Of a stretch of DNA of 64,000 nucleotides, positions 38,785-47,397 are shown in pieces. Both the position numbers and the translations under genes were made by a program. The stretch covers positions 64,001-128,000 of the forward strand of contig JBFIHX010000003.1 in assembly GCA_041601615.1 (NCBI GenBank), written 5' to 3'. A model generated the notes under the pieces. It ran no database searches. It had not been told where the DNA came from and was given only the letters and a program-made list of their open reading frames with translations. This DNA is from Thermoplasmatota archaeon (GTDB taxonomy: Archaea > Thermoplasmatota > E2 > JACPAO01 > JAHFTW01). Every line of letters starts with the position of its first letter. Position 1 is the first letter of the stretch.

Positions 38785-39633
38785 GTGTCCGACTCGGTTC
38801 CTGCGCATGACAATCACTTCCATTGCAAGCCGGATGGTTGGAAGGGTATGGGTGCGGTGCGGGAGTTTCAGGCGGCGGGGGGGACGAGCATTGCGCATGT
38901 GCGGTTGCCGGCGTATTCGCGTTCGGTGGAGGAATTTGCGCAGTCGTGCCGGGACCACGTTGCGTTCAGCGAGCTGATTCGCCAGGAGACGGGCCTCACG
39001 GTTTGGTCCGCGGTGGGTCCGTATCCGTTGGAGCCGTTGAAGCTCGCCGAAACGGAGGGTTGGGATGCGGCCGTGGCGTTTGGCCGCGCGTGCTTTGACG
39101 TGTCGGCGCGTTTTTGCGACGAGGGGCTTGCGCACTGCATTGGGGAGGTGGGGCGGCCGCATTTTCCGGTGGATTCGGAGGCGTGGGAGCGCAGCAATGA
39201 GTTGCTTGCGTACGGCATGGGCAAGGCGAAGGATGCGGGGGTGCCGATTATGTTGCACACGGAGCACACGGAGCCGGCGCAGATGCTGGAATTTGCCAAG
39301 ATGGCAGACCACGCGGGTCTTGGTCGGGATCGGGTCATCAAGCACTATTGTGGGCCGCTCGTGACCGAACCCGAGCATCATGGCCTCGTTCCCAGCGTCA
39401 TCGCCGGCCGCAGCAACATCCGCAAGGCCTTGGCCAATAGTGCCGAGGGTCGGTTTTTGCTAGAGACCGATTACATCGATGAGCCGACGAGGCCGAATGT
39501 GGTGATGCCGTGCGATACGGTCCCGAAGCGCGTCATGGGGTTGCTGCAAAACGGTGAGTTGACGGAGGCACAGGCACACAGCATCGGCCGGGAGTGGCCG
39601 GATCGGCTCTATGGCCCTGATCCGTCTTTGTAG
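38785..39633 (+). CDS. TatD-related amidohydrolase/DNase (archaeal type)
   Basis: DNHFH, IGEVGRPHFPV, LHTE, KHY, FLLETDYID; GTG start inferred. Confidence 0.85.
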   Translation: MSDSVPAHDNHFHCKPDGWKGMGAVREFQAAGGTSIAHVRLPAYSRSVEEFAQSCRDHVAFSELIRQETGLTVWSAVGPYPLEPLKLAETEGWDAAVAFGRACFDVSARFCDEGLAHCIGEVGRPHFPVDSEAWERSNELLAYGMGKAKDAGVPIMLHTEHTEPAQMLEFAKMADHAGLGRDRVIKHYCGPLVTEPEHHGLVPSVIAGRSNIRKALANSAEGRFLLETDYIDEPTRPNVVMPCDTVPKRVMGLLQNGELTEAQAHSIGREWPDRLYGPDPSL

Positions 39634-40112
39634 AGGGTCTTGGGCCGGAACCGCCCTTCCTCCACGGTCCATTCGGCGTCGGCCATGAGCTTCATGGGGT
39701 CGTCGTGGTATTCTTTCCACAATCGCCCGTCGCGGGTGCCCAGTGGCTCTTCGAAGGGGATGGCGTTGTCGGGGTCGTGGCCGGCAAATCGTACCATGCG
39801 GCGGCGAATTTCTGCCATGGGCATCCTGGTGAGGCTTGCCACGCGATCCAGTTCTGGTTGCGGGGGCAGCAGCAGGCGGGGCGGCCGGGCCACGTAGCTG
39901 GCCAAGACGAGCAGGGAATCGCGGCGGGTCCAGCCGGACGGGTCGCGCACGGGCCGGCCACGCAACCACTCCTTCAAGGGGTTGACGGAGCTTTGCGCAA
40001 TTTTATTCTGGTTCGGACATGTTGGTTTGCGGCCGATTTGGGTGCCGGTGGAAGCGTTTACTATGCCGCGTGCCTCTGATTTTTCATGGCCAATCCTCGT
40101 GATGCACTGCAA
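39609..40112 (-). CDS. hypothetical protein resembling the N-terminal domain of HNH-type restriction proteins, no nuclease domain
   Basis: WTRRD.LL.L..Y...A.L..M....RF...DP...D..LW.EY pattern; true start probably near 40000. Confidence 0.45.
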   Translation of the reverse strand: MQCITRIGHEKSEARGIVNASTGTQIGRKPTCPNQNKIAQSSVNPLKEWLRGRPVRDPSGWTRRDSLLVLASYVARPPRLLLPPQPELDRVASLTRMPMAEIRRRMVRFAGHDPDNAIPFEEPLGTRDGRLWKEYHDDPMKLMADAEWTVEEGRFRPKTLYKDGSGP

Positions 40113-40301
40113 CGCGCTGTGCAGTCACTGATGAATGGTCCTGGAGATCCCACTTCCATTGAGGGCGCGAAGGTCAACGCATTGGAGTCCATCGCCTGGA
40201 GCCTCATTGGAATTTTGTCTGAGCAAGTGGACGATCCGGCCTTGGAGGATCTGACGGACGCGCTTCAGACCTATGGGTTTGTGACGGTGCCGAGGCAGTA
40301 G
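40086..40301 (+). CDS. small hypothetical protein
   Basis: 71-aa ORF with protein-like composition. Confidence 0.5.
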   Translation: MANPRDALQRAVQSLMNGPGDPTSIEGAKVNALESIAWSLIGILSEQVDDPALEDLTDALQTYGFVTVPRQ

Positions 40302-40485
40302 GTCCGGACGTTTCGGGCCCACGGGCGGCGCTTGATTTCGCGGTGGATTGCGAAAGCGTGGGTTGCTTGAGGCTCGCGCTGGATCGTGCTGCGGTCCGCC
40401 CCGCCCCCCTTTCGCTTCGTGGCAGTGGGGTCCTGGGCGTGCGCTTCGCTGGGGCGCTGTGGGATGTGCCGCGGGTCGCTTCGAC

Positions 40486-41151
40486 TTATTGTTCGCCCTT
40501 CTCCAGCACGCGGACGTGTTCGCCCTTGACGGTGATGGGGATGGGGACCATGGAGTCGATGAGTTCCACGGTGATTTCTTCGCGGGCGTCGTCGACCTTG
40601 GTGACTTTCGCCTTTTCGCCACGGAAGGGGCCGCTGACGAGTTCGACGATGTCGGACATGCCGATCTTGGCCACGGCGCTGACGGGGGTCAGGAAGTGCG
40701 CAATCTCCGAGAACGGGGTGTCTACGGGTTTGCGCTCGGTGATGATTTTGCCGCGGCGGTCCTTGACGAAGTTGCCTTGCTCGTCGAGGATTTCGATGTC
40801 TTGGCTCACGAGGGCGCGGGCGTAAGAGACGCCGCGGATGCCCTTCTGGATGGCCAAGGGGTCGACGGTTTCGATGAAGAGGTAGCCGCGCAGTTCCTGG
40901 GGTGCCAGGAGGCTGATGATGGGGATGTTGAAGCGGCGGGCCTTGTTGCCGAGCATCTCAATGACGCGGCGTTCTTGGCCGACCTGGGTTTTGAGCACCA
41001 GGATCTGGGTGTCGGGGGCAAAGACGCGCTCCTCGTCTTCGGCGGGGGCAGGGGAATCGGCCTCGGTGTCCAGCTCGGCGGCGGGCTCCGGGGCGGTTTG
41101 TGCGTGCGTGTCTTCGTCGGGTAGAATGCCCAGTCCGCCGTCATCGTCCAT
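40486..41151 (-). CDS. spt5: transcription elongation factor Spt5/NusG
   Basis: KTQVGQE..V, L.GY.FIE, KOW VEL.SGPFRGEKAKV, PIPITV; start ATG 41151. Confidence 0.93.
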   Translation of the reverse strand: MDDDGGLGILPDEDTHAQTAPEPAAELDTEADSPAPAEDEERVFAPDTQILVLKTQVGQERRVIEMLGNKARRFNIPIISLLAPQELRGYLFIETVDPLAIQKGIRGVSYARALVSQDIEILDEQGNFVKDRRGKIITERKPVDTPFSEIAHFLTPVSAVAKIGMSDIVELVSGPFRGEKAKVTKVDDAREEITVELIDSMVPIPITVKGEHVRVLEKGEQ

Positions 41152-41225
41152 GTTGCTCGCTCCGGGGTGCTGCCGCTGGGAGAAAACCAGGGCAAGGCTC
41201 GCGACTTGGCCTTCTGTTATAACGG

Positions 41226-41759
41226 TTACCCGACGGTGACGGTGATGGGGTAGCGTATTTCGATGCCGGTTGTGGGCACGAGGATGAGTTCCAAACTCAG
41301 GCTGCCGGTGCCTTGGCCGATGAGGCGCATTTCCACGGGCGTGTCTGGTTCGAGGGGCACTTGGGTGCCGCTGGCTTGTAGGAGGCCTAGGTAGGAGTCG
41401 CGAATCTGCGTTTGGCTGGTGGCGCCGGCGGTGAGGCGTATGGTGATTTCTTCCAGGAGTCCGGTGAAGCCGCTGGAGTCGATGAATTCGGCGTGGACGG
41501 TCCAACCAGGGCTGGTGGTGGTGATGCGCAGGGCGTCGTTGGCGACGAGCAAGGGCAGGGTGCCAATGCTGACAGTGGCGCTGCTGGCGCTGGCGCCGAT
41601 GGTGGGGGTGCCAATGTCGCCTCCGGAGAGGGTCACCTGGGGGGCGCCGGCGTGGGTTTGGACCGCGGCGTGGTGTAGTTCGGTTACGCCTGCTGCGATG
41701 AGTGATGGGATGAGAAGGCTGATGAGTAGAAGCACCGCGAGGGGTCGCATGGTCTTCAC
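41226..41759 (-). CDS. secreted beta-rich protein
   Basis: N-terminal signal; IGASASSATVS shared with neighbour; start overlaps upstream stop. Confidence 0.7.
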   Translation of the reverse strand: MKTMRPLAVLLLISLLIPSLIAAGVTELHHAAVQTHAGAPQVTLSGGDIGTPTIGASASSATVSIGTLPLLVANDALRITTTSPGWTVHAEFIDSSGFTGLLEEITIRLTAGATSQTQIRDSYLGLLQASGTQVPLEPDTPVEMRLIGQGTGSLSLELILVPTTGIEIRYPITVTVG

Positions 41760-42283
41760 ACGGCGACGATCTCGAATTGCAGGTCGAAGCCGGTGAGTGC
41801 GCCGGCGGCGGTGCCGTCTGCTACGATCATGTCGATGCGGATGTCGTAGGTGCTGCTGACGGGCAGTGTGAAGGCGGCGGCACTTGCGGCGGCTGCGGCG
41901 TCGAAGGCGCGGATGACGGTGGCGCCGTCGAGGACGGTGAAGGTCAGGCCGGTGACGGCGGCGTCGGGTGCGGCGCTGCGTTTGAGGGTCACGGTGTAGG
42001 CTTGTGTTGCGTCGGTGTTTTGGATCTGCAACAGGTCGGTGACTTGCAAATTGGCGGCGCCTGCGACACCGGTCAGTGTCAGGGCGGCGCTGGCGGCGCT
42101 GCTGCCGATGCTGACGGTGGCGTATCCGGGGACTCCGCCGCCGCCGTCGACGAACTGTACGTCGGAGGCTTGGGCGGCGTTGGTGACGCCTATGTCCTGT
42201 CGCAACAGGATCGCTGCGGCCACGACGCTGGCCACGAGCAACAAAACAACGGTAACGGCCAAGGTTCGGTTGATGCGTATCAT
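41756..42283 (-). CDS. secreted beta-rich protein
   Basis: N-terminal signal; IGSSAASAALT; start ATG 42283. Confidence 0.7.
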   Translation of the reverse strand: MIRINRTLAVTVVLLLVASVVAAAILLRQDIGVTNAAQASDVQFVDGGGGVPGYATVSIGSSAASAALTLTGVAGAANLQVTDLLQIQNTDATQAYTVTLKRSAAPDAAVTGLTFTVLDGATVIRAFDAAAAASAAAFTLPVSSTYDIRIDMIVADGTAAGALTGFDLQFEIVAV

Positions 42284-42378
42284 CGGCCCAGGATTGACTT
42301 CTGGGACATGAATCCTTGTAGAAGGGAATAGGGGAGAATGGGCAAAAGGGACGAAGGGCGGTTTGTGCCCGGAGGGGT

Positions 42379-42615
42379 CTAGAGTCCGATGGCTCCCTGT
42401 AGCCAGTCCATCAGCAGGAAGATTAGGAAACCGATGCCACCGATGACGGCGATGCCAACGAGCACGATGCTGCTGGTTTGCTTGAATTCCGCAGGCTCGG
42501 GTTTGCGGGCCATGCGAAGCACGCGGGCGTAGCGTCCTCGGCCGATGGAGTTGATTTTCTTCTCCACCTTGCGCTGGGCTGCCCAACTGCGCTCCAGGAA
42601 CGTGCGCTCACTCAT
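42379..42615 (-). CDS. secE: protein translocase SecE/Sec61-gamma
   Basis: Y.RVLRMARKP...EF, G...IG.IGFLI. Confidence 0.9.
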   Translation of the reverse strand: MSERTFLERSWAAQRKVEKKINSIGRGRYARVLRMARKPEPAEFKQTSSIVLVGIAVIGGIGFLIFLLMDWLQGAIGL

Positions 42616-42711
42616 TGGCCGAGCCCACCGGAGGGGCGTTGATAAGCGTTGGCTGGGGAGTTCCGGCGACATAGGCGAAAGCGCCATGCGTTGGGTCGGT
42701 TCGGTGCCTCT

Positions 42712-43653
42712 GTGCGTCTCCTCATGCTTGCTGTTCTCGCCCTGCTCTTTGCCGCCACGCTTTCTGGGTGCGTCGATGATGCCCCCGCGGGCGCCGATTT
42801 GGAGTCGTTGGAGGTGTATCGGTTCGTGTACCCTGGGGCCGAGTTGGCGGTTCCTGGCGCAGAGCATGGCTGGTTGTTCCGGTTGCACAATCCGGCAAAT
42901 GAGTCCGTGACGTTCTTTGTGGGCGCCTACGGCGTTGAGATGGCCAAACTCGGGCCGGCTGGCGCGGTGGGATGGGGTACGGAAGCCACTCCGCCTGCGA
43001 CGGGCGCCAGCGTGGAGTTGAACGGATTGCTCTGGGGTGGCAAGGTGACGGTGGCGGCCGGAGCTTCGGTTGCGTACATGGCGAGCATTCAGAAGTATGC
43101 GGGTGGGCCGGCGGGGCTGATGTTCGTGGATACACGCGGCGCTACGAGGGACGTTCCGGTCTCGGTGGAGATGGGTATGGCGGGCGCAGCGGTCCAGCCT
43201 GGAGACCATGTGCAGACTGTCACTGTGGGTGTTTGGACGAATGGCACCAGTTTCTACACCAACAGCCGTAGTCTCCTGGATGATTCGCGGTTTCCGGCCG
43301 GCGGCAACATAGACTTGGCAGAGGCACGCCAGCAAACAGACCCGTTGCCCGTGTACGTTTACGGCGAGGATCGCACGGAGCAGCCGGCGGGCAGCAAGGA
43401 CACTTGTCATTTCACCACTATCACTGGGTACAATGCGCTCTTGAAGACCCAAGTCGACCAGAGTACCGGCGTTCGATGGATGACGCCAGAAGACGCGTAC
43501 ACTCGCGCCGGAGCCGAAGAGCACCTGTTGTACGGGGATGCCCTGGTGTTTCTGAACACGGTGGTGGCGCATGATGGCAGCACGGGGATGCAGGACGTTG
43601 TGCCGGCGCCGTTGGGGGCGTGTTTCGACGCGACTCAATATGTCCCGGTTTGA
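42712..43653 (+). CDS. lipoprotein with divergent FKBP-like C-terminal domain
   Basis: lipobox LSGC; GDHV....G...NGT.F.T, I.GY, PEDAY, L.G..L.F. Confidence 0.6.
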   Translation: MRLLMLAVLALLFAATLSGCVDDAPAGADLESLEVYRFVYPGAELAVPGAEHGWLFRLHNPANESVTFFVGAYGVEMAKLGPAGAVGWGTEATPPATGASVELNGLLWGGKVTVAAGASVAYMASIQKYAGGPAGLMFVDTRGATRDVPVSVEMGMAGAAVQPGDHVQTVTVGVWTNGTSFYTNSRSLLDDSRFPAGGNIDLAEARQQTDPLPVYVYGEDRTEQPAGSKDTCHFTTITGYNALLKTQVDQSTGVRWMTPEDAYTRAGAEEHLLYGDALVFLNTVVAHDGSTGMQDVVPAPLGACFDATQYVPV

Positions 43654-43707
43654 GCGAAGGGAAGGAAGGGGGAAGTGGGTTCAACCCGTAGATCAGGTTC
43701 AATTTGT

Positions 43708-44049
43708 CTAGCCGTCAAGTTCTACGTCCACGTCTGTGCCGGAACGAGTGATCTCCAACTCTAATTCATATCCAATTGTATCGATTTCCAGGCTGAAGAT
43801 GGAGTATCCTGCTGGGTTCGAGTCAAATTCCACCTCTTGGCCAAGGAATTCAAGTTCAAAATCCACTGTTTTTGATCCAGTTGGGCTGACACCTACATCG
43901 GCGTCGATAATTGAGCCAAGGTCGCTCAATTTGATACCGGGGTATGATGGCGTCAAAATGTTCGTAGGTCGCCCTACCGCGGCAGCAGTCGGCGCCATCA
44001 TTGCGGCCACGAGGCCGAGCAAACACAAGGTTGCGATTACAGTCTTCAT
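43708..44049 (-). CDS. small secreted acidic protein
   Basis: GGTGA RBS; signal ending PTAAA. Confidence 0.7.
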   Translation of the reverse strand: MKTVIATLCLLGLVAAMMAPTAAAVGRPTNILTPSYPGIKLSDLGSIIDADVGVSPTGSKTVDFELEFLGQEVEFDSNPAGYSIFSLEIDTIGYELELEITRSGTDVDVELDG

Positions 44050-44340
44050 TGTTTCACCATTTTTGAGGTCGCATCGAGGGCTGTGTCTCAGCCCACCATG
44101 CGACTAAGCAGGCATAGGCATGCTAATTGATAATGACTTCGCTGTTTTCTTGGCCCATTCGGCCCAAAATAATCCATCAATGCAATGTCGTGGCAACCAC
44201 ACAATTCAATACTCATGATTACCCTAAATTGCAGCCATTTTGGCTTGTCATTTCAGTATGGGCTGCGAGGGCCCCAAAGGAAAAAGAGGGCAAAGAGAGA
44301 CTACCACGGCCCACCACAGGCCTCCATTGTTTGAGTCGGG

Positions 44341-44542
44341 CAATGCCTGTGCCCGGCCTCGATCACGCTGCCGGCGGGGTCAGCCGCGTCGGTTCTTGGG
44401 TGCCTCCTTCGACGCCGCGCGCACATCAGGTCGTGCGGGTCTTGGGGGGCGACTGCGGCTGGCACCGTCGGAGGCAATCACTTGCATCAATCTGGGGGTG
44501 CGGTCAGCGCGTTCGGGGGTTCGGGCACAGGAGCGGGATTGC
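44341..44542 (-). ncRNA. candidate structured RNA with pseudoknot
   Basis: closing stem 44346-55/44522-31; crossing stems 44381-91/44450-61 and 44401-14/44466-76; no known family recognised. Confidence 0.4.
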
Positions 44543-44781
44543 ATCATGCGGGTTCCAACCTTGTGGGAAAAGGAAGCCGCACGGAGGAAGGTGGTTCAGG
44601 TGTTCCATGCGACTACCGTGTCATTGGCGTGCTAGATGATATAGTTTTGGCAGGTTTATGGTTGCCATCGGCCGGATATCGACAATTTTTGCTTGCTTGC
44701 GCTGGGGTGGTGTTTGCTTGGGGCCAAAAGCAGTGGCTGGGGCGGGGGCCTGGAACGCTGGTCCGGGGCTTGGAGCGGGTT

Positions 44782-46203
44782 CTAGCCTTGGCTCGATAGC
44801 CAGCCGACGGTCTCGAACATGGACGGGCCTTGGTCGAGGATGGCAACGGCGCCAAGGGCGTCGCGGCTGTGGCTCATCTCGGTGCAGCCTTCGAGGCAGC
44901 CGTCGGCGTAGGCAACTAGGAAGCGGCCGTCTTCGTCGAGCACGGCGTCGATGAAGTCGAGGAGGTTGCGGCTGCCGGGGGGCGAGTCTCCGCTGTTGGT
45001 GCTGATGGGTCCGATTTGGATCGGGTCGTCGCCGGTGACGTTGTAGGTGTGCCAGGTGGGCTCCGGGTCAAGGGCGTTGAGGCTGTATGTGATGTAGAGG
45101 CCCCATTGGGCGGTCTCGTTTGTGAGGTCCGGTGCTTGGATGCTGCCGTCTTCGTTGCGGGACGCGTCGGGGTCGTGCACGGCGTAGTAGGCCATGGCTA
45201 CTCGGCCGGGGTCGCCGGCTTGGATGACGGGCATGGTGACGGTGCCAAGCTCGGGAGTCACGAGGCTGGCTTGGCTCCAGGATGCTGCGTGGTCGTCGCT
45301 CCAGGCGTAGTAGAGGCGGTTGTCGGCGCCGGGCCAGGTGAGGTAGACGTTGTTTTCTTGGTCGATGGCGATTTCGGGGTTCTTGTCGTGGTCGGCGGTG
45401 CCTACTTCGTTGTGTACGAGCACTTGGTCCCAGGTGAGGCCGTTGTCGAAGCTGCGGGCGATGACGGGGCCGCCAAAGCCGCCGTCGGGTCCTTGGCAGC
45501 TGCTGCGGTTGGGGACGTATACGCTGCCGTCGGGGCCGGCGGTGATGTGGCCGTGCAGGCCGGCGGCACAGCTGGCTCCACCTTCACCGGCGCTGATGGG
45601 TGGGTTGCTGAGGGCGGTGTAGGGGAATGTGGCGCCGCCGTCGACGCTGACTGCTACGCGGCTGCCGGCGAGGGCGTTGTAGGCGTAGTAGACCACGTTG
45701 GGGTAGACGGGGTTGTTGCTGCCGACGGGGGCAAGGGGTCCGCCGGCAACATAGGGGCCGGTTGCGACTTTTTGGTGGTCATTGACGGGCACGCCGCAGT
45801 CGGCGGGGTTGCTGAGCCATGTTTCGCCGTAGTCGTCGCTCCAGGACATGTAGCTGCAAGCAAGGTAGAGGTGGTTGGCAAAGACGCGGTCTGTGTCGGG
45901 GTCGACCCAGAGCATCGGGTCGAGCGTCGTGGGGGCGGTGGTGAGGCTGCTGACGTCTTGCCAGGTGCGGCCGTGGTCGGTGCTGCGCATGGTTTTTTCG
46001 AGGGCCTGGAAGAAGACGTAGCCGTTGGAGGTGACTCCGAGGGTTGGTTCGGGGCCGTCAAAACCCACGTCTTGGATGTGGAACGTCACGGCGGGTTGGG
46101 CCGGGTCGGGATCGAAGGAGGGAGCCGGGTTGGTGGGTTCGTTGTCGAGGCATCCCGCTAGGACGGCGAGGATGGTGATGGCTGCCACGGCAGGTACGCG
46201 CAT
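44782..46203 (-). CDS. BNR/Asp-box (sialidase-like) beta-propeller lipoprotein
   Basis: lipobox LAGC; Asp-boxes STDHGRTW, SDDYGETW, SVDGGATF, SFDNGLTW, SDDHAASW. Confidence 0.85.
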   Translation of the reverse strand: MRVPAVAAITILAVLAGCLDNEPTNPAPSFDPDPAQPAVTFHIQDVGFDGPEPTLGVTSNGYVFFQALEKTMRSTDHGRTWQDVSSLTTAPTTLDPMLWVDPDTDRVFANHLYLACSYMSWSDDYGETWLSNPADCGVPVNDHQKVATGPYVAGGPLAPVGSNNPVYPNVVYYAYNALAGSRVAVSVDGGATFPYTALSNPPISAGEGGASCAAGLHGHITAGPDGSVYVPNRSSCQGPDGGFGGPVIARSFDNGLTWDQVLVHNEVGTADHDKNPEIAIDQENNVYLTWPGADNRLYYAWSDDHAASWSQASLVTPELGTVTMPVIQAGDPGRVAMAYYAVHDPDASRNEDGSIQAPDLTNETAQWGLYITYSLNALDPEPTWHTYNVTGDDPIQIGPISTNSGDSPPGSRNLLDFIDAVLDEDGRFLVAYADGCLEGCTEMSHSRDALGAVAILDQGPSMFETVGWLSSQG

Positions 46204-46268
46204 GGGGCCCCGCTTGGTGGCTCGGTGTAAGATGGTTGCCCCGGCGCGGTGTTGCGGCGTGTTGGGGT

Positions 46269-47129
46269 TCAGGTGGGTACTTTGTGGGAGCCGTCGAAAA
46301 TGAATGCCCAGTCGTCGTCGGGGACGAATCCATAGAAGACGTGGACGAACATTTCGAAGGGTTGCTCGATAGCGAGGCCGAGTTCTGCCACGTCGGGCAC
46401 GCCGCCGGCGCCGGGGAATAGGCTGACGATGAGGACGGGTTCGGCTTCCATGACGATTTGGTCGCCGGGGGTGGCGAGGATGATGGGGCTTTCTCCTTCG
46501 TGGTCGTCGTAGACGTCGAGGGCGCAGGCGCCGAATACGGTGCCGTTGACGCAGGTTTCGCCGCCGCTGTGGGTCAGGCGCATACGGTCGGCGGTGGGTA
46601 GGGTGCTTTCCCAAAGGACTTCGGATTGGGCCCAGTCGGGTGTGCCTCGGGTCAGTTCGGTTTGCCAGAAGTAGTCTGAGCAGCAGGCGAGGCTGGGTCC
46701 GCCTGTTCCGGCGACGGCGGAGGCCATGCCGAGTTCGAGGGCGCCGGCTACTTGGTGGGCTTCGATCCACCAATTGGGGGCGACGGCGCGGATTTGGAGG
46801 GTGAGGAGGGGGGGATTGTCGAGGCCGGCGGTGACGATGGCGTGGGTTTCGACGGGCAGGTGTCCGGGGTGCGTGACGAAGACGCGGTAGGTTCCGCCTT
46901 CGAGTCCGTCCATGCCGAATCGGCCGTCTTGGTCACTGGTGGTGTTGCGTCCAATGTCTGGTAGGGCTATGAGGGCGCCTTCGACGGGGTTGATGGTTTG
47001 GTCCACGATGACGCCGGCGAGAATTCCGGTGTGTTCGGTGGCGACGAGTCCTTTCAGCGGTTCCTGCGTGGTGCCTTCGGCGCATCCGGCAATCAGGAGG
47101 GCCACGAGAAGCAGCATCGCTCTCAACAT
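46269..47129 (-). CDS. lipoprotein with carboxypeptidase-regulatory-like domain
   Basis: lipobox IAGC; G.LAGVIVD, SDQDGRF...GL..GTY. Confidence 0.75.
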   Translation of the reverse strand: MLRAMLLLVALLIAGCAEGTTQEPLKGLVATEHTGILAGVIVDQTINPVEGALIALPDIGRNTTSDQDGRFGMDGLEGGTYRVFVTHPGHLPVETHAIVTAGLDNPPLLTLQIRAVAPNWWIEAHQVAGALELGMASAVAGTGGPSLACCSDYFWQTELTRGTPDWAQSEVLWESTLPTADRMRLTHSGGETCVNGTVFGACALDVYDDHEGESPIILATPGDQIVMEAEPVLIVSLFPGAGGVPDVAELGLAIEQPFEMFVHVFYGFVPDDDWAFIFDGSHKVPT

Positions 47130-47397
47130 GCGGGTCGAATCGGGCCTTAGGGCATCAAGTTTCTAGATACGTTGGGTACAACGGGCTTGTTTGTGGCCAA
47201 GTTGCGCTTCGAGGGCATTGACGGTTGTGTGTGGTGTGGGTGAAGGCAAGAAAGTGGGGGGATGGAAATGATGCGAAGGGGGTGATGAGGGGGATTGGAA
47301 AGGTTGGGTGGAGGGGAGGGAATGGGGGAGAAGGTGGGGTGAGGGGGGAAGGAGATGGGAAAGTTGGTTACTTCGCTGTCGCCGGGGCGCCTTTGCT

